A DNA stretch of 64,000 nt from Granulicatella adiacens (GTDB lineage: Bacteria > Bacillota > Bacilli > Lactobacillales > Aerococcaceae). Of this stretch, positions 9,791 through 19,651 are shown piece by piece (position 1 is the stretch's first letter; the number at the start of each line of letters is the position of its first letter). The DNA is taken from NCBI GenBank assembly GCA_018364485.1, contig JAGZLX010000001.1:435-64434 (forward strand), given 5' to 3'. Below the pieces are notes generated by a model that was not told where the DNA came from, did no database searches, and was given only the letters and a program-made list of their open reading frames with translations. Made by a program: the position numbers and the translations under genes.

Positions 9791-9834
9791 AATAAAAATA
9801 CCAGGAGAGAACGGTTTTGTGCTTTCTCTCCTGG
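9791..9834 (-). terminator. rho-independent terminator after the PTS IIA gene
   Basis: Stem ccaggagaga / tctctcctgg followed, on the minus strand, by a U-rich tract. Confidence 0.6.
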
Positions 9835-9842
9835 CGAGTGGG

Positions 9843-10298
9843 TTATCCTGCTAAATGACTATTTAATACTTCTTCAAGTTGTTCAGCAGTTGTAGCGCCT
9901 AATAAAGCTTCTTTGACATCAGCTTTCATGAGCAACCGAGCAACCGATGCTAGTAGCTTAAGGTGAGTCGTTCCTGCTTCGCCATCTGGAATTAATAAGC
10001 TGAAGATGAATGAAGTTGGTTTTCCATCCATGCTGTTCCAGTCAATTCCGTCACTAAGACGAACGATGACGATTTTTGGAGTTGTGATGGCACTTGATTT
10101 TGCATGTGGAATCGCAAATCCGTCCATCATTCCTGTTGTTCCTTGTTGTTCACGTTCTACAAGTCCGTTGTACACGGCGTTTTCGTCTGCTGAAACGCCT
10201 AGTGTTACAGCTTTTTGTGAGATGAAACGAAACACTTCTTCTTGAGAAGTAAGGTTTTCATTTAAGAAAATAGATTCTTTACTAATTAACATTTTCAA
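9843..10298 (-). CDS. PTS EIIA component, fructose/mannitol (type-2) family
   Basis: 151 aa with the PTS_EIIA_2 fold and the phosphorylatable His region (GFAIPHAKS). Confidence 0.8.
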   Translation of the reverse strand: MKMLISKESIFLNENLTSQEEVFRFISQKAVTLGVSADENAVYNGLVEREQQGTTGMMDGFAIPHAKSSAITTPKIVIVRLSDGIDWNSMDGKPTSFIFSLLIPDGEAGTTHLKLLASVARLLMKADVKEALLGATTAEQLEEVLNSHLAG

Positions 10299-10324
10299 CC
10301 TCCAAAGTTCTTTCTAAAAGTCGA

Positions 10325-11728
10325 TTATTCAGAAAGTGGTTTACGAGTTGCTCCAAGAACAACACCACCGACAACAGAACCAATCGCAATGGCTAATACC
10401 CATAAGAATGGATGTGTCACAACTGGTAATACTAAGAAACCACCGTGAGGAGCAGGTACTTGTACGCCGAATAAGTAAGTTAAGATTGCAGCGATTGAAG
10501 AACCTAACATCATTGAAGGCATTGCGTGAAGTGGATCTTTGGCAACGAAAGGAATAGCCCCTTCAGTAATGTGAGTTGAACCTAAGATGAAGTTGACTAA
10601 ACCAGCATTACGTTCGTCTGTGTCAAAACGGTTTTTGAATAATAATACGGCAACCGTTGTAATAAGTGGAGGAGCGATACATGCTGCAGAAACACCTGCC
10701 ATGAATGTAGTATTTCCTTCAGCAAGAAGAAGAGTACCTGTAACGTATGCAGCTTTGTTAACTGGACCACCCATATCAAAGGCACACATACATCCGATTA
10801 CAAGACCAAGAAGAATTGGGTTTTGATCTTGGAATCCTTTTAAGAAGTCCATTAATGATTGGTTGATACCAGCCATTGGACTAACAATGACACTCATAAA
10901 TAAACCAGTAATGAATACGCCTAATAAAGGATATAAGAAAATAGCTTTAAGACCATCTAATGTTTTTGGAAGTCCTTTGAATAATTTTTCTAAAAGAACC
11001 ACTAAGTAACCTGCGAAGAAACCACCGACGATACCGCCAAGGAATCCTGCGCCGCCATTACTTGCCATTAAACCTGCAACAAAACCGCTCACTAATGCTG
11101 GACGGTTCCCAATACTTTGTGCAATGTAAGCTGCTAGAACTGGAGTCATTAAGCCCATTGCTAATCCACCAATTTCTTTTAATTGAGCAGAAAAGGCATT
11201 GTAACTTGGATCGTCTGGTTTAAATGAGTAAATTCCGAATACGGCAAATGAAATCGCGATTAGAACCCCACCACCAACAACGAATGGAAGCATGTGAGAT
11301 ACACCGTTCATCAAATGTTTGTAGATTTCACGACCGATAGAGCTCTTACCAACGTTTGAAGATTGTGGAGCTTCTGAAGCTTCAACAGTTGCATCGTCAG
11401 AGTGGTATTTCACGACACCTTCTCCGCGAAGAGCTTGGGCCACTAATTCGTCGGCATTTTTAATTCCTTGTCCAACTGAAACGTCGATAATCTTTTTGTT
11501 TACGAAACGTTGTGGTTGAACGTCCTTGTCAGCAGCGATAATAACTGCTTTTGCGTTTGCGATTTCTTCTGGAGTCAGTTCGTTTTCGACACCGATTTGT
11601 CCGTGTGTTTCGACTTTAATTGTTACTCCTGCTTTTTTAGCGGCTTGCTCGAGCGCTTCTTGTGCCATATAAGTGTGCGCAATTCCTGTCGGACACCCAG
11701 TGGCAGCGATAATATCATATTTTGTCAT
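10325..11728 (-). CDS. PTS EIIBC component, fructose family
   Basis: N-terminal IIB with the catalytic Cys (IIAATGCPTGIAHTYMA), followed by a multi-TM IIC domain typical of FruA-like permeases. Confidence 0.85.
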   Translation of the reverse strand: MTKYDIIAATGCPTGIAHTYMAQEALEQAAKKAGVTIKVETHGQIGVENELTPEEIANAKAVIIAADKDVQPQRFVNKKIIDVSVGQGIKNADELVAQALRGEGVVKYHSDDATVEASEAPQSSNVGKSSIGREIYKHLMNGVSHMLPFVVGGGVLIAISFAVFGIYSFKPDDPSYNAFSAQLKEIGGLAMGLMTPVLAAYIAQSIGNRPALVSGFVAGLMASNGGAGFLGGIVGGFFAGYLVVLLEKLFKGLPKTLDGLKAIFLYPLLGVFITGLFMSVIVSPMAGINQSLMDFLKGFQDQNPILLGLVIGCMCAFDMGGPVNKAAYVTGTLLLAEGNTTFMAGVSAACIAPPLITTVAVLLFKNRFDTDERNAGLVNFILGSTHITEGAIPFVAKDPLHAMPSMMLGSSIAAILTYLFGVQVPAPHGGFLVLPVVTHPFLWVLAIAIGSVVGGVVLGATRKPLSE

Positions 11729-11754
11729 TATTTTTCCTCCTTTATTTTCCCGAG

Positions 11755-12675
11755 TTAGGATACTCGTTTGATTTGTTGCATTAATGTAGGAACATCTTTG
11801 AAGTCTGTCAAACCAGGCCTAAATGCGGTTGAGCTTCCCGCTGCGACGGCTTTGATCAGTGCTTCTTCATCGGATAAACCTTGTAACTGGCTTCCTACGA
11901 AGGTTGCAAGAAGTGTATCTCCTGCACAGGCAGTATTGACAACTTCGCCGTTTGGTGCTGTAACATGAATCGTTTCGTCTGGTGTAAAGAGAATGGCTCC
12001 CTTGTCTCCTAAAGAAACGATGACGTTTTGAGCACCTTGTTCGAGGAGTTTACGACCGCAGTCCTTAATTTCCTCAAGGCTAATGTCCTTCAATCCAAAC
12101 CATTCGGCTAATTCTTCGTCGTTTGGTTTGATGAGATATGGTTTGTAACCCAATAGTTCCGGTACAAAATGAGCGGAAGTGTCGAGAATAAACTTAAAGC
12201 CACGTTCTTCGGACGCTTTTGCGATTTTCTCGTAAGTGGCACGCGTGATGCCTTCAGGATGACTTCCAGAAACAAACAAAATATCGTCGGCGTTCATGTT
12301 TTCCACGATGGCTAGAAGGGAAGCTTCTTGCTCGGGTGTAACACTTGGGCCTTGGTTAACGAGTTTGAATTCTTCGTTTGTGGCCACAACTTGCGTGAAC
12401 ACATTGATACGAGTAATTCCGTCTACCGTAACGAATTGTGTTTGGATGCCTGCCTTTTGCAGTTCTTCCTCGATAAATTGGCCAGTAAAACCTGCTTTAA
12501 AACCAGTGGCGGTGCTATCAATTCCGAGTTCTTTTAAGATGAAGCTGACGTTCACGCCTTTTCCATTTGGCATGTAAACAGCCTCGTCGGTTCGGTTCAC
12601 TTCAGACGGTAGCATCTGCGCGGTTTTAATGAACAAATCGATGGCTAAATTCATCGTACACGTATAAATCATCAT
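11755..12675 (-). CDS. PfkB-family sugar-phosphate kinase (1-phosphofructokinase / tagatose-6-phosphate kinase, FruK/LacC-like)
   Basis: Ribokinase/PfkB fold (MIYTCTMNLAIDL N-terminus, C-terminal GAGDT-type motif ACAGDTLLA). First gene of an operon with the fructose-type PTS. Confidence 0.8.
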   Translation of the reverse strand: MMIYTCTMNLAIDLFIKTAQMLPSEVNRTDEAVYMPNGKGVNVSFILKELGIDSTATGFKAGFTGQFIEEELQKAGIQTQFVTVDGITRINVFTQVVATNEEFKLVNQGPSVTPEQEASLLAIVENMNADDILFVSGSHPEGITRATYEKIAKASEERGFKFILDTSAHFVPELLGYKPYLIKPNDEELAEWFGLKDISLEEIKDCGRKLLEQGAQNVIVSLGDKGAILFTPDETIHVTAPNGEVVNTACAGDTLLATFVGSQLQGLSDEEALIKAVAAGSSTAFRPGLTDFKDVPTLMQQIKRVS

Positions 12676-12783
12676 TTCACCTCCAAGCTTTTTTTGCTAT
12701 ACTTATTATTACATATGACACACTGTAAATGTTTCCCAAAATGAGGTTAACATTTGTAAATCTTTACAGAATGGAGAGTTCGC

Positions 12784-13554
12784 ATGTTCAATACACAAGG
12801 TCTAACAAATACGGAGAAATATCTGCTTGCTTATATCGAACAACATCTGGATGAAATCCCGTCCATCTCGATTGTGAAGTTGAGTGAAGATGCGAATGTA
12901 TCCACTGCATCGATTGTGCGTACGATGAAGAAATTAGGCTATGACGGCTTTACTAGCTTTAAACATGATTTGAAGAAACAATATCGTTTTACAAACGAAG
13001 AGTTATCAACCTTCAAGAGTTTGGAGGCTGTCGACCAAAAGATTCAAGCCGTTGTTGTGAAAAACGAGCAGGAAGTGCGTCGGACGATTGAACAGCTGGA
13101 CAGTAAAACGATTGAGGATGCCGTTCAAGCGATTTTTGGGGCCCAACGAGTGTATTTATTTTCGCGTGGCCTCAGTGAAATGATTGCAACCGAGATGGAA
13201 ATCAAACTCCACCTATTGGAGCGTACCTGCGAACAGTATGTGGATCCAAATATTATCCGCACCATCAGTCACCGTTTAAATGCCCAAGATGTGGCGATTA
13301 TTATTTCATTAAATGGGCATACCGAAGAATTGGTGGAGGCAGCGCGTGTTTGTCAACAAAATGAAGTGCCGGTTATTTTATTGACCGCAAATGGAGCGAG
13401 TCCTCTAGCAAAACTCAGTGATATCACGTTTGTTGGGTATAAATCAGAGAGTTCGTATTTCCCAGATTATGAAGTACGTTCGCGATTACCACTACAAGTC
13501 ATCAGCCGAATCTTACTCGATGCATACGCAATACGGGTTGCCGGCCAAAAATAA
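12784..13554 (+). CDS. RpiR/MurR-family transcriptional regulator (HTH_6 + SIS)
   Basis: N-terminal HTH (VSTASIVRTMKKLGYDGF) and a C-terminal SIS domain; divergent from the kinase/PTS operon. Confidence 0.85.
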   Translation: MFNTQGLTNTEKYLLAYIEQHLDEIPSISIVKLSEDANVSTASIVRTMKKLGYDGFTSFKHDLKKQYRFTNEELSTFKSLEAVDQKIQAVVVKNEQEVRRTIEQLDSKTIEDAVQAIFGAQRVYLFSRGLSEMIATEMEIKLHLLERTCEQYVDPNIIRTISHRLNAQDVAIIISLNGHTEELVEAARVCQQNEVPVILLTANGASPLAKLSDITFVGYKSESSYFPDYEVRSRLPLQVISRILLDAYAIRVAGQK

Positions 13555-13609
13555 TTTACATTAAAGGCGTATACTGATACGATAGTAAAGCAAAGAAAGG
13601 AGTGCCGAC

Positions 13610-14287
13610 ATGGAAGGAAATAAAGTACAAAATTATAAGAGTTGTTTTGATATTATTGGTCCGATTATGGTAGGTCCTTCTTCTTCACATACTGCTGGAG
13701 CGATTGCGATTGGTGCTCTTGCGAGACAGTTGTTCGGTGGAACGCCAAAAAGCGTGCGATGCGACTATTATGAGTCATTTGCCGAAACGCATAAAGGACA
13801 CGGAACGGATTTCGCGATAATTAGTGGAATCTTAGGCTTTGCGACAGATGATGAGCGCGTGCCACGTGCCGTTGAGATTGCCAAGTCCGAAGGAATGCAT
13901 ATTGAATTTGTCGAACGAAAAGAACCAAGCCCTGTGAATCACGCCAATACCGCGGATTTAATCTTGAGCGATGAGAAGCGTACGATTCGCCTTATCGGGA
14001 CCTCAGTTGGTGGCGGAGCGGTGGAAGTGAAGGTCATCGAAGTCGATGGCTTTAAGATGGAGCTTTCAGGCCCTCTTCCGGTCTTGCTCGAAGTGGTTCC
14101 TCTTGGAAAAATGCCAGTTTTATACAGCTTGCTGCAAGAACATGGCGTGACCATTTCAAAACAGCGAGTGGAAATGACAGAAGATAGCCAAATGATGGGA
14201 TATGAGCTTGTTGATTTATTATCCCCAGAATTAAAAGAAGAAATACAAACATTAAGAAAAACGCATGACATCTATATGTTTGCGTGA
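13610..14287 (+). CDS. sdaAB: L-serine dehydratase, Fe-S type, beta subunit
   Basis: N-terminal motif (FDIIGPIMVGPSSSHTAGA) with an ACT-like C-terminus; 225 aa. Confidence 0.9.
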   Translation: MEGNKVQNYKSCFDIIGPIMVGPSSSHTAGAIAIGALARQLFGGTPKSVRCDYYESFAETHKGHGTDFAIISGILGFATDDERVPRAVEIAKSEGMHIEFVERKEPSPVNHANTADLILSDEKRTIRLIGTSVGGGAVEVKVIEVDGFKMELSGPLPVLLEVVPLGKMPVLYSLLQEHGVTISKQRVEMTEDSQMMGYELVDLLSPELKEEIQTLRKTHDIYMFA

Positions 14288-14308
14288 TGATGAGGAAGGA
14301 AGTTTGCA

Positions 14309-15211
14309 ATGTTTTCGACCATTAAAGAATTGGTAGCATTAGCAACAGAACAAAAGAAGCCCATTTCGGAAATCATGATTGAACAGGAAATGGAAATGAC
14401 CCAGCAAAGTCGTGAGTACATCTGGGAGAAAATGGAAAAAAACTTACAAACGATGAAGAACGCCGTTGAACGAAGTGTGGAAGGAGAGGGCGTATTCTCT
14501 CCAACAGGCTTAACGGGTGGCGACGCGTTGAAGATGAAGAAATATCGTGAACGTGGGAAAACATTGTCGGGCGATAGTGTTCTAGCGGGGGTACAATACG
14601 CGCTTGGAACAAACGAAGTGAATGCTGCGATGGGGCTTGTGTGTGCAACGCCGACAGCAGGAGCGAGTGGAACCTTACCGGGCGTTGTGTTCTCGATTGC
14701 CGATACGATGAATTTGAACCATGAACAACAAGTGCGTTTCCTCTTTACTTCGGCAGCCTTCGGGATGGTCGTAGCCAATAACGCGATGATTGCCGGAGCG
14801 ACAGGTGGATGCCAAGCCGAAGTCGGAAGTGCCAGTGCGATGGCTGCAGCCGCAGCCGTTGAAGCGGCCGGTGGAACGCCGCAAGAGAGTTCAGAAGCCT
14901 TTGCGACAGCGCTTGGAAACTTATTAGGACTCGTTTGTGACCCTGTAGCCGGTCTTGTAGAAGTGCCGTGCGTGAAGCGAAATGCGATTGGTGCAGGGAA
15001 TGCCTTGATTGCCGCAGATATGGCACTTGCGGGAATTACAAACGTGATTCCAGCCGATGAAACCATTGAAGCGATGCGCAGTATCGGGGTGAGAATGCCA
15101 CGAGAACTCCGTGAAACAGGACTCGGTGGAACGGCAGGCACAAGAACGGGAATTGCGATTAAGATGCGCATTTTCGGGGAAGATGTTTCCTTGAACCCGG
15201 AACAAGAGTAG
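14309..15211 (+). CDS. sdaAA: L-serine dehydratase, Fe-S type, alpha subunit
   Basis: 300 aa, Gly/Ala-rich catalytic domain, located directly after sdaAB. Confidence 0.9.
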   Translation: MFSTIKELVALATEQKKPISEIMIEQEMEMTQQSREYIWEKMEKNLQTMKNAVERSVEGEGVFSPTGLTGGDALKMKKYRERGKTLSGDSVLAGVQYALGTNEVNAAMGLVCATPTAGASGTLPGVVFSIADTMNLNHEQQVRFLFTSAAFGMVVANNAMIAGATGGCQAEVGSASAMAAAAAVEAAGGTPQESSEAFATALGNLLGLVCDPVAGLVEVPCVKRNAIGAGNALIAADMALAGITNVIPADETIEAMRSIGVRMPRELRETGLGGTAGTRTGIAIKMRIFGEDVSLNPEQE

Positions 15212-15222
15212 GAGGAATACAC

Positions 15223-15744
15223 ATGGCAAAAGAAATTGCTACATTTGCAGGAGGCTGTTTCTGGTGCATGGTGAAACCATTTGATAGCCAACCAGGAATC
15301 GAGTCTGTGATCTCAGGATACACAGGCGGCCATAAAGAAAACCCGACATACAAGGAAGTGTGTAGCGGAACAACAGGACATACAGAGGCCGTGCAAATCA
15401 CGTTCGACCCAGAAGTATTCCCTTATGAAAAACTCGTAGAAGTCTACTGGCAACAAACGGACCCAACGGATGCAATGGGACAATTCGTGGACCGTGGAGA
15501 TTCATACCGACCAGTGATTTTCTATCATTCAGAGGAACAAAGAAAGATTGCGGAAGCTTCAAAAGCAGCCTTGCAAGCCAGCGGACGATTCAAAAAAGAT
15601 ATCGTGACAAAAATCGAGCCTGCAAGCACGTTCTATCCTGCTGAAGAATATCACCAAGATTTCTACAAGAAGGATCCAGAACACTACAAACGTTACCGCG
15701 GACTTTCAGGTCGCGACACTTTTATCGACAGTATTTGGAAATAA
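15223..15744 (+). CDS. msrA: peptide-methionine (S)-S-oxide reductase MsrA
   Basis: Catalytic motif GGCFWC; 173 aa. Confidence 0.9.
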   Translation: MAKEIATFAGGCFWCMVKPFDSQPGIESVISGYTGGHKENPTYKEVCSGTTGHTEAVQITFDPEVFPYEKLVEVYWQQTDPTDAMGQFVDRGDSYRPVIFYHSEEQRKIAEASKAALQASGRFKKDIVTKIEPASTFYPAEEYHQDFYKKDPEHYKRYRGLSGRDTFIDSIWK

Positions 15745-15745
15745 G

Positions 15746-15790
15746 GAAAAGAGCTAAAATTATCATATATGATAATTTTAGCTCTTTTAT
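15746..15790 (+). terminator. terminator after msrA
   Basis: Long AT-rich palindrome (aaaagagctaaaattatcatatatgataattttagctctttt). Confidence 0.6.
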
Positions 15791-15977
15791 GTTTTATTCA
15801 ACTTCAGTATAATCACCGTAAATACTGTTTTTTATCAATCGGCCTACCCTGTTACAATATAAAATTTGAAAAAAGTTTCAGAATGAAAACGAACATGAAA
15901 TTACCAAATATGGTAATTACATGTTCCGCCTCTACATTTTTTTAATAAAAACAATATAGTATATAAACTATAAAGCA

Positions 15978-16003
15978 AAAAAGACCATATATGGTCTTTT
16001 TCG
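15978..16003 (-). terminator. terminator downstream of the aminotransferase gene (minus strand)
   Basis: aaaaagaccatatatggtcttttt. Confidence 0.6.
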
Positions 16004-16015
16004 CCTCTCAATTTT

Positions 16016-17182
16016 TTAGATATTTGCTAAGTAAGTTGTTAAACGAGCGACAACTTCTTTTAAGTTTTCCATTGAAGCTGCGTAACTGAAACGAACATAA
16101 CTTTCGCCACCAGGGCCGAAAGATACCCCTGGAATGAGCGCTACTTTTGCTTTTGGAGCAAGGTCACGAACGAATGCCCATGAGTCAGTGCCGCATTTTG
16201 CAGGAATTTTAGCGAATAAGTAGAATGCTCCGTCAGGACTTGCTACTTCGAAGCCAAGTTTCTTCAACTCAGCCGCAAGATAGTCACGACGTTCGCTATA
16301 TTCCACCATCATTTTCGCGCAGTCATCTTGGCCGTGTAACATCGCCGCAAGCGCTCCGTATTGCGCAAAGCTTGTTGGAGCTGTCACCATGTATTGGTGA
16401 GTTTTTACGACTTCGTTCATGAAGTGTGTTGGCCCTAAGATGAATCCGATACGCCATCCTGTCATTGCGTGTGATTTTGATAAACCAGTGATGACAATCG
16501 TTTGGTCCGGTAAAATGTTCGCAAGAGAGTAGTGAGTCTTGTCGTATGTTAATTCTGCGTATACTTCATCGCAAAGCGCCCATAGTTGGTGCTCTTTAAT
16601 GACTTCGGCTAAGTCTTCTAATTGTTCTTTAGAGTAAGTTACGCCTGTTGGGTTACTTGGGTATACAAGAACCACCGCTTTGAAGTTTTTATCTGGGTTT
16701 GCTTCGATGGTTTCGCGTAATTTATCCGCTGTTAAAACAAAGCCGTCGTTACTTGTGTCCACCGTAATGAAGTTCCCTTGGTTCACCAATGTGATTGGCA
16801 AGTAGAGTGGGAAGACTGGTGTTGGCACGATGACTGTGTCGCCAGGGTTTAAGATGGCTTGTAAGCTTGCCGCAATCCCTTCTGTCGCCCCGATTGTTGT
16901 GATGACTTGGTCTGCTGTGTAATTGAAATTAAATTTCTTGTTGTAATACTCAGCCGCAGCTTGTCTCAGTTCAGGAATCCCTGAGTTTGGTGTGTAGTGT
17001 GAATGGTTGTCTTTAATCGCTTGGATAGCCGCCTCTTTAATATGTTCAGGCGTGTCAAAGTTTGGTTCTCCAAGAGTTAATTTGATAATGCCAGGAATTG
17101 TAGAAACTTCTGCGTCGAATTGACGAATATCAGAAACTGCAATACCTTCTACGATTTTGTTAAATGGATGTTCTACTGTCAT
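16016..17182 (-). CDS. pyridoxal-phosphate-dependent aminotransferase, class I (aspartate/aromatic aminotransferase-like)
   Basis: 388 aa with the AAT_I fold (LTLGEPNFDTP, SKSHAMTGWRIG carrying the PLP-binding Lys). Confidence 0.85.
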   Translation of the reverse strand: MTVEHPFNKIVEGIAVSDIRQFDAEVSTIPGIIKLTLGEPNFDTPEHIKEAAIQAIKDNHSHYTPNSGIPELRQAAAEYYNKKFNFNYTADQVITTIGATEGIAASLQAILNPGDTVIVPTPVFPLYLPITLVNQGNFITVDTSNDGFVLTADKLRETIEANPDKNFKAVVLVYPSNPTGVTYSKEQLEDLAEVIKEHQLWALCDEVYAELTYDKTHYSLANILPDQTIVITGLSKSHAMTGWRIGFILGPTHFMNEVVKTHQYMVTAPTSFAQYGALAAMLHGQDDCAKMMVEYSERRDYLAAELKKLGFEVASPDGAFYLFAKIPAKCGTDSWAFVRDLAPKAKVALIPGVSFGPGGESYVRFSYAASMENLKEVVARLTTYLANI

Positions 17183-17439
17183 AGGAATCCTCCTTTATAT
17201 TCATAGGGAAATTGTATCTTGTTTTGAGAAAGAGTGCAATGAGAAGTATAGAATTTTAAAAAGAAAATAAAAAACGCTGGGAATTTATCCAATCTGCCTT
17301 TCTGCCTATGAATTCTAAGAAAAATAGTGTATAATCTCTTTGAGAATATCGGTTAGCAGTCAAAGTGCGAGCCACCCTAGAAGAGGAAGGGGTGGAGTGT
17401 GCACTTTTTTTGTGCAATGAAACGGAAGTGAGGGATAGT

Positions 17440-18828
17440 ATGCAGACAGAATTTGATACAATTGCGGCGATTTCAACGGCGCCTGGCGAAGGGGCTATCG
17501 GGATTGTTCGTATTAGTGGGGATGATGCGATTCGCATTGCCGACGAAGTGTATCGATTGAAAGACAAACGATTAAACGAACAGCCGAGTCATACGATTCA
17601 CTATGGACATATCGTGGATCCAAAGAACGATGAAGTCATTGATGAAGTGATGGTGACGGTGCTTCGCGCGCCAAAGACTTTTACGCGTGAGGATGTTGTG
17701 GAAATCAACTGTCACGGTGGGATTGTAGCGATTAACCGCATCTTACAACTCGTTCTTCGCATGGGAGCACGTCTGGCCGAGCCTGGTGAATTTACAAAAC
17801 GCGCCTTCTTGAATGGACGTATCGACTTATCTCAAGCGGAAGCCGTGATGGATTTGATTCGTGCCAAAACGGATAAATCAATGCAAATGGCGATGCGCCA
17901 ACTCGACGGAGAACTCTCGAAGTTGATTCAGAATTTACGACAAGAAATCTTAAACACATTAGCGCAAGTGGAAGTGAATATCGACTATCCGGAATACGAC
18001 GACGTAGAAGAAATGACCTTGCAACTGTTGCGCGAGAAGACGCAGCAAGTCTCACAAGGCATTCGCGCATTGCTAAACACGGCGAGCCAAGGGAAAATCT
18101 TGCGTGACGGATTGAAGACCGCTATCGTTGGACGTCCAAACGTAGGAAAATCTAGCCTATTGAACGTGTTATTACGCGAGGAAAAGGCCATCGTAACGGA
18201 TATCGCTGGAACGACTCGTGACACCATCGAAGAGTACGTGAATGTTCGTGGCGTGCCGCTCCAACTGATTGATACGGCCGGAATTCGTGAAACAGATGAC
18301 GTCGTTGAACGTATCGGGGTGGAACGAAGCCGTAAAGCCTTAAATGAAGCGGATTTCGTGCTATTGATTTTAAACCAAAGCGAAGAGTTGATGGACGAAG
18401 ACCTCCGCTTATTAGAACAAACGAAAGACTTTAAACGCATTATTTTATTAAACAAGACAGACCTACCAACGAAAATCGACATGGACAAGGTCAAAGAATT
18501 CGCGACAGACAGCGAGATTGTCACAACGTCAATGCTGAAGAAAGAGGGCATCGACCAATTGGAAGAAAAGATTGCCGATTACTTCTTCCAAGGGCAAATG
18601 AACGAGCGCGACGCAACGTACTTATCGAACACGCGTCATATTGCGCTGCTTGAAAAAGCAGAACAAGCGCTGCAAGAAGTGGCGAACGGGGTCGATATGG
18701 GCATGCCTGTTGATTTAATCCAGATCGATTTTACCCGCGCTTGGGATCTCTTGGGCGAAATCACAGGCGACACGGTTCAAGACGAGCTGTTAACACAATT
18801 GTTCAGCCAGTTCTGTTTAGGGAAATAA
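17440..18828 (+). CDS. mnmE: tRNA uridine-5-carboxymethylaminomethyl modification GTPase MnmE (TrmE)
   Basis: N-terminus [28 protein letters not shown]-domain motifs ([13 protein letters not shown]), C-terminal CxGK. Start chosen at ATG 17440 with SD GGAAGTGAGGG; the track ORF begins upstream at 17365. Confidence 0.95.
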   Translation: MQTEFDTIAAISTAPGEGAIGIVRISGDDAIRIADEVYRLKDKRLNEQPSHTIHYGHIVDPKNDEVIDEVMVTVLRAPKTFTREDVVEINCHGGIVAINRILQLVLRMGARLAEPGEFTKRAFLNGRIDLSQAEAVMDLIRAKTDKSMQMAMRQLDGELSKLIQNLRQEILNTLAQVEVNIDYPEYDDVEEMTLQLLREKTQQVSQGIRALLNTASQGKILRDGLKTAIVGRPNVGKSSLLNVLLREEKAIVTDIAGTTRDTIEEYVNVRGVPLQLIDTAGIRETDDVVERIGVERSRKALNEADFVLLILNQSEELMDEDLRLLEQTKDFKRIILLNKTDLPTKIDMDKVKEFATDSEIVTTSMLKKEGIDQLEEKIADYFFQGQMNERDATYLSNTRHIALLEKAEQALQEVANGVDMGMPVDLIQIDFTRAWDLLGEITGDTVQDELLTQLFSQFCLGK

Positions 18829-18949
18829 GCAAGTCTGCTCAAAAGAAATAGAGAGTTGGCAGTTTGCTGCAAGAAACTGATACAGAATACGGATAATAAG
18901 AGATGAGAGCATGCAGAATTTTAATGGTAGGCTCTCGTGAAAGAGTAAT

Positions 18950-19122
18950 AACGGAAATTCTTACGGTTCTATAGTAGCAGTAATGGGGAATAGCAACCAA
19001 TGTGAATTACTGACTCTAGGGTGTAACCCGTAGAGTCAGTTTGAAGCTTGGTAGGAATTGAGACGTAAGGCTCAATCCGGTGCCCCATTATCGCTACTAT
19101 GAAGATATCCGTAAAGAATTGG
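18950..19122. repeat. palindromic MITE-like intergenic repeat, copy 2
   Basis: Terminal inverted repeats ggaaattcttacggttctatagtagcagtaatgggg / ccccattatcgctactatgaagatatccgtaaagaattgg. Inner modules ccaatgtgaattactgactctagggtgtaacccgtagagtcagtttgaagcttgg and ggtaggaattgagacgtaaggctcaatccggtgc. Nearly identical to copy 7. Confidence 0.85.
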
Positions 19123-19164
19123 AGTTATAACTCTTTCAACGAAAGGCACAAGGAGGAAATGCTG

Positions 19165-19641
19165 ATGACGAAGCTAGCGACCATTTGTTATTTGGACAAT
19201 GGCAAAGAATTTTTACTGTTATTACGCAACAAAAAGCCAAACGATGTCCATGAGGGCAAATACATTGGCGTTGGTGGCAAACTCGAAGCAGCAGAGACTC
19301 CGGAAGAATGTGCCGTGCGTGAGATTTTTGAAGAAACAGGACTACAGGCAACAAAGATGGAGATGAAAGGAATCATCACCTTCCCAGAATTTACCCCTGG
19401 ACACGATTGGTATACGTATGTCTTTCGGGTGACGGAGTTTTCAGGGGAGCTGATTGATTCGCCGGAAGGGACGCTGGAATGGGTTCCTTACGATGAAGTC
19501 CTCCAGAAACCCTCTTGGGAAGGGGACCGCATTTTCCTAGAGTGGATACTAGGGAATGAACCGTTCTTTTCTGCGAAGTTTAATTATGAAGCAGGCGAAT
19601 ATGTTAGTCACAAAGTAGAATTTTATGGAGAAAGAAAGTAA
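19165..19641 (+). CDS. NUDIX hydrolase (MutT/8-oxo-dGTP diphosphatase-like)
   Basis: Nudix box [24 protein letters not shown]. Start chosen at ATG 19165 (AGGAGG, 8 nt spacer); the track ORF from 19099 would run into the repeat element. Confidence 0.75.
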   Translation: MTKLATICYLDNGKEFLLLLRNKKPNDVHEGKYIGVGGKLEAAETPEECAVREIFEETGLQATKMEMKGIITFPEFTPGHDWYTYVFRVTEFSGELIDSPEGTLEWVPYDEVLQKPSWEGDRIFLEWILGNEPFFSAKFNYEAGEYVSHKVEFYGERK

Positions 19642-19651
19642 AGGAGAGACT

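Noticed and set aside
12676-12783. TGTAAAT repeats (ctgtaaatgtttcc / catttgtaaatctttaca) between the PfkB and RpiR genes as a possible cre (CcpA) site
   Set aside because: The match to the cre consensus WTGNAANCGNWNNCW is poor (no central CG). It may be an RpiR operator but cannot be supported from sequence alone.
14272-15291. A 339-aa minus-strand ORF antisense to sdaAA, and several shorter antisense ORFs at 14373-15229
   Set aside because: They overlap the well-supported sdaAA gene and are Ser/Pro/Ala-rich low-complexity translations typical of antisense frames of GC-rich coding DNA.
17792-18551. Antisense ORFs (92 and 188 aa) within mnmE
   Set aside because: They lie inside the conserved mnmE coding region and have no SD. 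They are spurious.
19099-19164. An N-terminal extension of the NUDIX ORF (track start 19099)
   Set aside because: The extension would be translated from within the palindromic repeat element and lacks an SD. ATG 19165 has an AGGAGG SD at the optimal spacing.
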